Source of the DNA: Vulcanimicrobiota bacterium
GTDB taxonomy: Bacteria; Vulcanimicrobiota; Vulcanimicrobiia; Vulcanimicrobiales; Vulcanimicrobiaceae
DNA length: 64,000 nt
Direction of reading: 5' to 3'
NCBI GenBank assembly: GCA_963795855.1
Contig: CAWCIZ010000001.1
Location: forward strand, 192,001-256,000
Positions within the stretch are counted from its first letter, which is position 1. Each line of letters begins with the position of its first letter. A program made the translations under genes and the position numbers. The notes beneath the pieces were generated by a model, which was given only the letters and a program-made list of their open reading frames with translations, was not told the origin of the DNA and searched no databases. Positions 53,045 through 62,630 of this stretch are shown here, in pieces.

Positions 53045-54593
53045 TTTTTCGCCACTACCCATTGCATGAGTACCTCGCGGTCACGGCGTCCGCCGGTTAT
53101 CGTGAATGGAACCTTGCTGACGCAACATCCAAGTGCGCGCTCATACCGGCCCTTATCTACGGGGAAGCCAAGTAAATACACGCTTCCAAAATGGCGTAAA
53201 ATCGCTGGTGACGGTGGAGAAGACACCAAGTCCATATGCGCGCGAGGATTCAGATAAAAGAGCTACGTCGAGCGCATCGGCCCACGTTACCGGCATCACG
53301 AGCACCGGGTCATCCGCGGCGTTCACGCGAGCTGCGACGGGCTTGACCCAGCCGTTGAAGTCGTTGTCCCACCAGACGCCGGACCGTGCGTCGACGAACG
53401 AGGAGGCCGCACACAGGAGCATCAACGCGATTGCCGCGCATGCCCATGCATTGCGTGTCGCCGATCGCCTGCATCGGATACGAGAAGCCAAGAATCCTGC
53501 AACGCACACGACTAACGTCACCCACAACGGCATGCCATAACGTGTCACGCTGGAGCGGTGTGCATGAAACATGGCGTCAGTCCCAACCAAGGAAACAATC
53601 GGAACGAGCACGAGCGCCGCGGTGATGATACGCGTTCGTGGTGTGGCGCGCAAAAAATTCCAAACCAATGCGCTCAGCCCAATCGCTGCCACCGGAATAA
53701 GCACCAACCACGCACGGCGATGAACGTACTCGAGGTCAAAGAACGCAGAGCCGGCATTGAACGCCCAGGACGTTGCGAGCACCGAAAGCGACAACGAGCC
53801 CGCGCTCCACCGATTCAGAAAAAGAATTTCGCGCAGGTGTTCCGTCATTATCAAGAGCCACGGCACAAAGCCAATGGATGCAATAGCCAGACTAAGAAAA
53901 AATCTGCGCAGGCGTCTTCCGCGTAGCAGCGCAACGGCGTAGATGCTGTGAGCGAACAGCGTAACTGCAAATAGAGTATCCGTATAAAGGCCGAGCATCG
54001 CCATCGTGCAGTACGCCGCCCACCATCCCGTCGAGCTGGATCGACTGGCTCGTAAAAGGAGCGCCGTGCAAAGTGCGAAGATCAGCGACCACAGAGTGTA
54101 TTCGCGAGCCTGCTGCGAATGTATCAAGAGGACTGGTGACAGTGATGAGAGAGCAAAGCCTGCAGCCGCGGCAAGCCGGTTCCCATATCAGCTCCCAACA
54201 CAGGCCAGCTACCGCGAACGGCACGAGCAGGCCGAACAGTAAAGCAGGGGCGCGCAACTGCGCAATCGACATCCCGGCGACGCGAGTCCACAGCGCTGTC
54301 ATGACATAAAACAGTGGCGGATGCTGCGCGTCCTCGTTGGCTAACGAACGCACCGTATCGACCGCAGATCCGTGTTCGCCTCTACCGGTGAAACGCAGTA
54401 TCTCCGATACGCTTCGCGGTTTGCCAACTGCGTTGGCGGCGACGAACGCGCGAGCGGTGTGGCCGGACACCCGCAGAGCAGTCACGGCTTCATCGCTCCA
54501 GAACAGTCGCGTCGGTTCGCCGGTAAAGCGCAATGCCAGTCCTAATAAACCCGCAAGCACGAGCAGCGCGATGAGCTCGAAGGCGCGAGGCAT
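53041..54593 (-). CDS. GT39/ArnT-like (GT-C) membrane glycosyltransferase; frameshifts near 54170 and 53235
   Basis: FWSDEAVTALRVSG, DAQHPPLFY, SQQAREY, multi-TM. Confidence 0.78.
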
Positions 54594-55068
54594 CGCACCC
54601 GTTTTCCTCCGCGGGACCACAGTGCGGAACTCCCAGAGTGCCGGCGTGCGCTGGGCAACGCGGAATATATTCATTCTTCTGTAGTATAGGTTGCGCAGTA
54701 GTGACACTAACCGTCCCACCGCTCTCACAGAGCGATGGTGCTTATGGAGCCGTGGAAACCGGTCGCCATGGCTTACGATTCTGTGCTCATTCCGTAGGGC
54801 CGCCCGCCTGTCCGCGTGCGGGACGAATTACCCACCTTACGATCGGCAAATCGTGATCGACAAAGCCGCGCTATAGCGATCCGTTTGTTGGCGGCCGGCG
54901 ACGCTGCCGCTTTTCCATCCGAACTCGATCATGGCGCGGCTGGGGCGCAGGGCAACATCAGGAACAGTCGCTCCGGGGCGCGCATTGGACCCATGAAGCC
55001 CTAGTCATGATGCACCACGCCGCCTGCATCCGTGCGGGCGTTTCGCCCAGGAAGCCGCGGCTGATACG

Positions 55069-56337
55069 GTGAGTGCAAGGATCTATTTGCACATGTGGGA
55101 CACCAGCCGGCGCGAGGTGATGGATTGGCTTTTGCAGCCGTTCTCCATTGAAGCCTTCGCGTCCGAGTATTACGAGCGGCGTCCGCTCTATGTCGAGCGC
55201 AGCGATGCCGGTTATTACGACGGCCACGCGAGCCTTACGGACGTGGAAGCGTTGCTCTTCGGCGTCGAGCTCGAAAAGGGCGATTTACGCATAACGAAGG
55301 ACGGGGCGGACGTTCGGCCCGAGGAGTGGCTGCACGTCCTCGAGTCCTATAACAACGTCACAAAAAAAATTACCACGCGCGAGATCGTCGACCCGCACAA
55401 AGCCGTACAGTTGTTCGCAAGCGGCTGTACGCTGTTTTTCGAGCGCGCGGGGCGCCATTGTCCGGCGGTTGCCGCGATGCAATATCGGCTCGAATCCTTC
55501 TTCGGCCATGCGATCGATGCGGGAATATTTCTGACACCCGCCGGGGCGCAGGGCTTAGCCGTGCACTACGATTCGATCGATGCCATCGTCTTGCACTGTG
55601 AAGGCCGCAAACGCTGGCGCGTGTACGAGCCCTGCATCGAACTTCCGCTCGACGAGGCTCCGCGCAATCAGAAGGACAAGCCCGGAGCGCTATTGCTCGA
55701 CGTCGAGATGCGGCCCGGCGATATGCTGTACATGCCGCGCGGGACGTTTCACGAGCCGCGCGCAAACGACGCCAGCTATTCCTTGCACGTAACGTACGGT
55801 CTGCGGCCTGTGAAATGGCATCACGTTTTGCGCGAAGCCCTGCAGGATGCCGCTCGCGCGAATCCCCTGCTGCGTGCGAGCGCGTGCGCGCCCACGAGCG
55901 AAGAGTCGATTGCCGCAATCGTCGGGCAGACGTTTGCTCTCGCCAACCTGCGGCGTATCGAGCAGCGCCTGGACGACCGCAATCGTGAAACGATCCGCAA
56001 CCCGGGGAACGGCGTGCTGCAGCAGGCGGTTTCGCTTGACGATTTGACGCCGTCGTCGACGGTGCGCCTCCGCCCCGGCGCGATCTATTCCATAAAATCG
56101 AACGGCAGCGGGTGCGTCCTCACCTGCTCCGGCGTGCGCATACCGTTGCCGGAGCAGGCGCAGACCGCTGTTTCATTCCTGGAGCGCTGCGGCAGCGCTG
56201 CAATCGAAGACCTTCCGCTGGAGCCGTCCCGAGCCGTCGGGATCGTGCGTAAACTCATTGCAGCGGCCGTCCTCGAACAGCCGGGGTTACGCGCGCGCAG
56301 CGTTGAGAACGCGGTCTTCGCCGGAGCGGGTGAATAA
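55069..56337 (+). CDS. JmjC/Cupin_4 (ROX/YcfD-like) 2OG-Fe(II) oxygenase, paralogue A (alternative start 55093)
   Basis: F.SEYYERRPL, TPAGAQGLAVHYD, EGRKRWRVY, PGDMLYMPRGTFHE, SLHVT; C-terminal winged-helix-like domain. Confidence 0.88.
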   Translation: MSARIYLHMWDTSRREVMDWLLQPFSIEAFASEYYERRPLYVERSDAGYYDGHASLTDVEALLFGVELEKGDLRITKDGADVRPEEWLHVLESYNNVTKKITTREIVDPHKAVQLFASGCTLFFERAGRHCPAVAAMQYRLESFFGHAIDAGIFLTPAGAQGLAVHYDSIDAIVLHCEGRKRWRVYEPCIELPLDEAPRNQKDKPGALLLDVEMRPGDMLYMPRGTFHEPRANDASYSLHVTYGLRPVKWHHVLREALQDAARANPLLRASACAPTSEESIAAIVGQTFALANLRRIEQRLDDRNRETIRNPGNGVLQQAVSLDDLTPSSTVRLRPGAIYSIKSNGSGCVLTCSGVRIPLPEQAQTAVSFLERCGSAAIEDLPLEPSRAVGIVRKLIAAAVLEQPGLRARSVENAVFAGAGE

Positions 56338-57529
56338 CGGGCGAAGCCACTCGAAGGCGTGCAATTTGAACCAATCGTCTTCCAGCGCGCGCATCTCGCG
56401 CGAATCACCGCACGCACACCGGGCTGCCGCTTCGCCGAACGTCAAACCCTCAAGGGCGCATCGCAGTAAAAGACCGGGTGACTTCGAGGCGAAGTCGAGC
56501 GAACGCAGTCTGCACGAACCGGTCGAAGAGTTCCGCAAGTTTATCGCGCGGATCGATGCCTGGATACCGGTTTGCAAGGAATCGTTCGACGACGGCGATG
56601 TCGGGAGCGTGCGTCAACAGTGCGATCAGCAAGCGGATCTGCGGATCCGGGATCGACGCCATCGACTGCTTCGCGAAATGCATCTTCGCGCGCGATTTGA
56701 GCGCGCCGGCGAGAGTGTACGCCAAGCCGGCATGTCGCTTGGCGAGGATGGCGACCAATCGCGCACGAGAGACCGGGCTCACGCGATCCAGCGCGGGCAT
56801 CATGATGACGCTGCACGCGTCCCAAAACTCCGCCGTTTCGACGACTTGCGCGGCGGCCTCTTCGAAGAGCGCCGGATCGACTTTTGCGACGCTGCTCAGC
56901 AGCGCGAGTTTGGTTCGAAGCGGTTCGGGCTCGTAGGAAAAATCGTACGCAAGCCCCGGCCCGAGAAAGCTGTAGCGCTCGGTTTGAACCTCTTTCCTCG
57001 ACCGCACCAGCACGCTGATGGACGGCGATTCCAAGTGGAGAAGCGCATGGATGAAGCCGTTGCCGGCTGCGATCGCACGGATGCAGCCTTCCGAGAGATA
57101 CTCGGCGCTCTTAAAGCGGAGATCGCCCAAAGCCAGACGTTCGGTGATTTGCTCCGAGCGGTCAAACGAATATTGACAGTGGAAACTCGACCCTCTGAGC
57201 ACGCCCCACGCGCCCGCGAACGTATGCGAGTGTATCGACGTCGGCGCGTTGATCCAAAACAGCAGTTGCACGATCACGCTCTCGCCGATGAAGACGCAGA
57301 CGGGCGGGTCCGCGACCTTCGAAAGGGGAGGTCCGTTTTGCTGCGCCATTTCCCACGTGAGGATGTCCTCCAGGAGCACGGATCGCCAGCCGTCGTCGCG
57401 CTCGAGCGCCGCCGCTGCCAATTCGGGAAGTGCAGCAGGATCGCACTGCGTTGCTTGCCAGCGCCGGTCGACCGATTCCCCAATGCGGCGAAGACAATCG
57501 ATCTTTGCCGCAGCGGCCGTTGCGCTCAC
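56287..57529 (-). CDS. Cupin protein with cysteine-dioxygenase-like 3-His motif plus helical C-terminal region; frameshift near 56480
   Basis: TSIHSHTFAGAWGVLRG...FIHALLH..SISVLVR; starts 7 nt after the JmjC-B stop. Confidence 0.65.
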
Positions 57530-57536
57530 ACGAAGT

Positions 57537-58771
57537 CTATGCTACGGCGGTTTGCGCCGCCGGCTCGGTAGCGCTGGAGAGTTGAATCGCAAAACCGTCT
57601 TGGATGAGTTTGCGCACGACCTTCAACGCTTTTTCGTCGTGCTTGAGCAGATCGCCCGCGCGCACGCTGGTGCGGCTCTGCAATTCGTTGATGATTGCGG
57701 CCGCGTACGGCGCCAGCGTGAGCGTCTTGTTGGAGAACGTCAGTTTGGTGGCGTGCTCCGTCTGCTCGATGCTGCAGAGCATATCCGGCCGCACCGCCAC
57801 GATCGAATCCTCGGAGAGATCCTTTAGCCTTGCGATCTGCCCCAACTGTCCGCTGAGGTCGTTGCGGTAGCGCTCGTTGACGTAGCGGTTCGTCATCGAT
57901 TCCAGCGTCTCGCACAACGTTTGCGGGGAAAGCATTGCAGCGACGGCCTCGGCTATTTGCGCTGCGGTTTCCGGTGAGGCGTTTTTGCGGAGGACGGCAT
58001 CGGCGTGCGCCGATTCCTTGAGTGCCTCGTGCAGCACTTCAATCCAGCGCCTTTGGTGGATTCCCAGGGTAACGTGCAAGGAAAGGTCCTCGTTGGCGCT
58101 GGCCTCGTGCAAGAACCCGCGAGGGATGTACAGCATGTCTCCGGGCTGCATAGCGATGTCGAGCAGCGTTTCTTTTGAGGCGTGTATCTTTTTGTCGTGC
58201 GGCTGCGTCTCGAGCGGCAGTTCGACCGGGCTGTCGTAGACGCGCCAGTGCTTCGAACCGGTAATTTGGATGATCGCCGTGTCGTGCGTATCGTAGTGAA
58301 CGGCAAAGCCCTGGCTGCCGGGCGGCGTCATGTAGATATTGGGCTGGACGTCGCAGCGCCAGAAACGCTCCAGTTTCCGGCACAGCGTTGCGAGGGGGGG
58401 TGCGAACCGGTCCACACGGTCGAAAACGATCGTGCAGCCGTCGGCAAAGAGCGAAGAAACGAGATCGGGCTCGATGATTTCGCCGGGCGAAAGCTCTGAT
58501 CGCGCCGTATCCGGGTCTTTTTTGTGACGTACGTTTCCGGGCGCGCTTCAGTTCCGTCCTTTACCGGCCGCAAGTCTTTGGTGGTGATGACCGAGCCGAA
58601 CAGCACCCGCTCGTACTCGGCCAAACTGAAGTACTCATCGTAAAACCCCGGCACGTTACGCGATACGTGCAAGGGGCGCCGCTCGAAGTAGTCATTTTGA
58701 AACTGCTCGATCGACAGCGATCCTAACAGCCACGCTAATGTCGCGCGATCTTTCGCTTCGGTGCTGGGCAT
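57537..58771 (-). CDS. JmjC/Cupin_4 2OG-Fe(II) oxygenase, paralogue B; frameshift at an A6 run (~58520)
   Basis: F.NDYFERRPL, TPPGSQGFAVHYDTHD, GSKHWRVY, PGDMLYIPRGFLHEA, SLHVTLG; C-terminal winged-helix-like domain. Confidence 0.88.
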
Positions 58772-58908
58772 ACGGGTCGTCCTCCAAAGGTGCACAGAGC
58801 CCGTCTGGGTGGGCTGCAGGGCTTTACCGTGAAGCTACCTCACGTCGTACCACTCGGCAACGTCTAGTTGCATCATGGCAGCCTGCGTCGATGGGCCCCC
58901 GGCAAAAT

Positions 58909-58940
58909 AATTAGGCTCCCCGCTTGCGAGGAGCCCAATT
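58909..58940 (-). terminator. 14-bp hairpin after the small peptide gene (partial terminator or mRNA stabiliser)
   Basis: Minus strand AATTGGGCTCCTCG-CAAG-CGGGGAGCCTAATT-ATTTT. Confidence 0.7.
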
Positions 58941-58960
58941 CGGGGAGTGAGGCGCCGGAT

Positions 58961-59122
58961 TTAGTGGCTGTCGCCGCTTCCGAACGCACCGTCATTGGTG
59001 ATGTCGCACACGCCGTTCGGATCGGTCGGGCCGTCCGGGCACGAGGACGAGAAGCCGCTGCCATCGCCGTACAGCGCCGGTACGAAATACGAGGTCAGCA
59101 GTTGAGGGGTCTTGTATTCCAT
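58961..59122 (-). CDS. Putative RiPP precursor peptide, 53 aa: MEYKTPQLLTSYFVPALYGDGSGFSSSCPDGPTDPNGVCDITNDGAFGSGDSH
   Basis: Hand-translated (below the ORF-track cutoff); RBS AAAGGAGG 7 nt upstream; GC3-rich codons; YxxPxL motif; co-oriented upstream of the JmjC and cupin genes. Confidence 0.75.
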   Translation of the reverse strand: MEYKTPQLLTSYFVPALYGDGSGFSSSCPDGPTDPNGVCDITNDGAFGSGDSH

Positions 59123-59514
59123 GGGTTAGCCTCCTTTAAAAGTAGCGCCGCTGTCGCTATACAGTGGGCGGTACATACAAAGGTAGCAGCAGCGCTGCAA
59201 GGGCGGAATTTCCGTTGGCATCATTTCTTGCTAAGGAGTGCTGCTCAGGCTTATACGCCATGGTTTTGAACTTCTCACGCCGGTAGTCTGGTCGGCACCG
59301 GGCCGAATGGCGCTCGACACTCTTCGGACGGTTGCTTTTTCTGTCAGCGGGCGAACGGGCTTAATCCGAAGCGCACGAAAACGGAAAAATTTTTGAAGCA
59401 TTACGCTTTGCGCACGCAGGCCCGCGACAAAAGCAGGTGAATTGGTTAGGGCGATCGTGCTTACACGCCGGTCGGGCATCCCTTTTTTGCTTTTTCACCC
59501 AGAGAAAGTCTTGC

Positions 59515-60933
59515 ATGCACACCTCTTCCAAGATTGCCGCGCTTGCGATCGCTGCGTCCGTTCTGGCAGCGTGTTCCGGCGGCGGTGGTTCGCTCACTCC
59601 GCAATCCAATCTCTCTACGGCGCCGGCGGCGCCCGCGTCGGGCGCATCGCGCTTCATCGCAAGCACCGCCGCGGCAACCAACACTCAGGATTTCACCTAC
59701 GACGCGAATCCGCCGACCAAACCGTTCGGCAACGGCGCGCCGGTAACCGCAAATGCTCTACCGCCGCCTTCCGTCTGCGAGCAAGTATACGGGCTTGCAT
59801 GCTATACGCCGTCGGAAATCAAAACCGCGTACGACGTTCCGTCGCAGTTCAATGGGAGCGGCCAAACGATCGTGATCGTGGACGCCTTCGGCAGCCCGAC
59901 GATTCAGAGTGATTTGCACGTTTTTGACACGGTTATGGGTTTACCCGATCCCGCCTTCGACATCCAGTATCCGGGCGGCCAGCCCTCTGCTTTTGACGGC
60001 AGCAATAATCGATCCGGCTGGGCCGGAGAGACCTCGCTCGACGTGGAGTGGGCGCACGCTATTGCACCGGCCGCGACCATCCATCTCGTTATTGCAAAAA
60101 CCAACTCGAGCACCGACATCAGTACCGCGGAAGCGTACGCTATGCAAACGTATCCGGGGAGCGTCATCTCAATGAGCTTCGGCGCCGGCGAGCCGGCGAT
60201 TCCGGGCGGGGCGAACAACTCGCACTTGCAGCACGACGACAAATTCTTCCAGCAGGCGCAGCATCAGAACACCACGCTGATCGCGAGCGCGGGAGACACC
60301 GGAGCGACGAACGGCACGGGCACGCTGACCGCGGAGTTTCCGGCATCGGATCCCTCCGTGTTGTCGGTCGGCGGCACCGACCTGTTCATGAGCGACGCCG
60401 GCGTCTATCAGCAAGAGACGGTGTGGAACGATACCGTTTCGTCGTTGTGTCCGTTCGGCTGTTATTACGGCGCCTTTGGCGTGACGGGCGGCGCGCCCAG
60501 CCGCCTCTTCCGCGCGCCAAGTTATCAGCAGAGCCTCTTTCATCCCGACACGCGCGAGACGGCCGACGTCAGTTACAACGCCGGCGTCTACACCGCGGTC
60601 CTGGTCGCAGAGGGTTTCAACTCGCCGGGTCAGGTCGGATTCTATTTCGTGGGCGGAACGAGCGCCGGCGCACCGCAATGGGCCGGCATCATCGCGCTTG
60701 CGAATCAGGCCGCGGGACATTCGCTTGGATTCGTGAACAAATCCCTGTACCATATTGCGAAAAACGGGCCGTACGCTTCCGCGTTTCACGACGTCACCGT
60801 CGGCAACAACGCGCTGTTCAGCCTTCCGGGAGAAAACGCGGGACCCGGTTACGACATGCCGACCGGTCTCGGATCGCCGAACGTGGCGAACCTGATTACC
60901 GCGTTGACCGCGGACGGAAACTCCGGGAACTAA
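59515..60933 (+). CDS. S53 (sedolisin/kumamolisin-like) serine peptidase, lipoprotein
   Basis: Lipobox LAAC; ETSLDVEWAHAIAP, SAGDTG, FPASDPSVLSVGGT, GGTSAGAPQWAG, GYD.PTGLGSP. Confidence 0.9.
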   Translation: MHTSSKIAALAIAASVLAACSGGGGSLTPQSNLSTAPAAPASGASRFIASTAAATNTQDFTYDANPPTKPFGNGAPVTANALPPPSVCEQVYGLACYTPSEIKTAYDVPSQFNGSGQTIVIVDAFGSPTIQSDLHVFDTVMGLPDPAFDIQYPGGQPSAFDGSNNRSGWAGETSLDVEWAHAIAPAATIHLVIAKTNSSTDISTAEAYAMQTYPGSVISMSFGAGEPAIPGGANNSHLQHDDKFFQQAQHQNTTLIASAGDTGATNGTGTLTAEFPASDPSVLSVGGTDLFMSDAGVYQQETVWNDTVSSLCPFGCYYGAFGVTGGAPSRLFRAPSYQQSLFHPDTRETADVSYNAGVYTAVLVAEGFNSPGQVGFYFVGGTSAGAPQWAGIIALANQAAGHSLGFVNKSLYHIAKNGPYASAFHDVTVGNNALFSLPGENAGPGYDMPTGLGSPNVANLITALTADGNSGN

Positions 60934-60956
60934 CCACCGAAAATTCGTTCGAGAAG

Positions 60957-60988
60957 AAGGGCCCGCTGCTGCAGCGGGCTTTTTTTTG
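60957..60988 (+). terminator. Intrinsic terminator
   Basis: GCCCGCTG-CTG-CAGCGGGC-TTTTTTTT after the S53 gene. Confidence 0.85.
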
Positions 60989-60991
60989 CGG

Positions 60992-62630
60992 TTATCGCGG
61001 CGCGAGCGTCCAGTGCGCGACGTTCCACCACACGCCGTCCTGCGAGACGCTTTGCCCGCGCAGCCGGCTGGTGAACGTGTCGACTTCGTTGCGGTTGTAG
61101 ATCAACACGATCGGCAGATCCGCGGAAAGCAGCCGTTCCAGTTTCGCATAGATCGCCTTACGCTGCGCCGGATCGAACGTGCTGCGGCCTGCGCGCAGCA
61201 GCGCGTCGATCTGCGGATCGCAGATGCGCGACTTGTTGTAGCCGTGCGGCGGCACGTTGCCGCACGCGAATTGATCGGTCGTGTCGGGATCGTCTCCGTT
61301 CACGAACGAATACAGCGCGAGGTTGAACTTGCCGCCGTAAACCGGTCCGCCTTCGCTGGCCGGCGCGACGAACTGCGTGATGTTGAATTGCTTGAGCGAC
61401 ACGCGGCGCCGGCCGCGCGTTCGTATTGCGTCACGGAGTTGCCGATAATCGCATCGCCGGGAGTCGCGGCCTGGACGATCATCTGCAGATCGAGCGGGTT
61501 GCCGTCCTTGTGGCGCACGCCGTCCGCGCCGGCGCGCCAGCCCGCGGCATCGAGCAGTTTGCGCGCATCGTGCGCGATCGTACGGAACGTCCGGATATGC
61601 GTGCGGATCGAACGCCCAGAAGAAGAGTCCGCGGCCGGCCTGCGCGCTCGACACTGCGCCGCGATAGGCTTTGGCGACGAGGCTTTTGATGTCGATCGCT
61701 TCCGCGAGCGCGCGACGCACGCGCGGATCCGCCGTCGCGGCATTCTGCGTGTTGAAAATGATCGCGCCGACGCCGGCGACCGGGCTCGCGGTCGTGCGGT
61801 AGCCGGACAACGCCAGCGAGCTGCGGATACTGCGAGTAATCCTGTGTCGTTGAAGTAGCCCTGCACTTCAGCGTCTGAAGCAGGTTCAGCGCCGTCTGCG
61901 CGTCCGGAACGAAGCGGATGGTCAGGCGATCGATCTTCGGTTTGCCGCCGAAGTAGTACGGATTCGCGTGCATGACGACGCGATCGCCGTGCAGCCAGCG
62001 CGTCACGACGTACGGGCCGGAGCCGATCGGCTGCTGATCGAACGCGATGTGATTGAAGTCTGGATACTTCGCGAGCAGATGTTGCGGGAAGAATCGGAAA
62101 GCCTTGCGGCGCGAGCACGAGCGTCAGCAGCGGCGCAAAGGGCTCCTTCAAATGCAGCACCAGCGTGTAGTCGTTGGGCGCCTCGGCTTTCGCGATGCGA
62201 TCGTAGCCGTATCGCGACTGCACGTTGTTCGCCGGATTGTTGATGGCGTCGATGGACCACACGCAATCGCGCGCGGTCAGCGGCGCACCGTCCGCAAAGC
62301 GCACGCCTTTGCGCAGATGGTACGTCATCGTCAGGCCGTCGCGGCTGATGCCGCCGTTCGCGATCGACGGCGCCTGCGTCGCAACGTCGCCGATCGAGGT
62401 TTCCGCGATCGTCGTACTTCACGAGATAACGAAAAGAGCAGAAATCCCCACTCCGTCGAGGACTGTCCGTTTTCCAGCGCGGGATTGAGCGATCGCGGCT
62501 CACGCTGCTGCGCGATTTGCAACGACGTTTGCGTGTGCCGGCGCGCCGATTAGTTTGGGTGCGCGCTGTCAAAAGCGCACAGCGCCGAGCAGCACGCCTG
62601 CGGCAACTCGGGTGCGCGATGCTTCAGCAT
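60992..62630 (-). CDS. Peptide/oligopeptide ABC transporter substrate-binding protein (family 5); multiple frameshifts, start approximate
   Basis: EPRSLNP, YHLRKGVRFADG, PIGSGPY, ANPYYFGGKPKI, DPRVRRAL, AGWRAGADGVRHKDG. Confidence 0.85.

Noticed and set aside
58961..59122. Calling the peptide a lasso peptide
   Set aside because: It has YxxPxL, but no lasso cyclase or B1/B2 proteins are in the window, and no convincing Thr(-2) with a ring Asp/Glu at position 7-9 register is present.
59157..59261. Second small minus-strand ORF MAYKPEQHSLARNDANGNSALAALLLPLYVPPTV as another precursor
   Set aside because: Weak RBS, AT-rich atypical codons, no YxxPxL spacing, and it overlaps the likely promoter of the main peptide.
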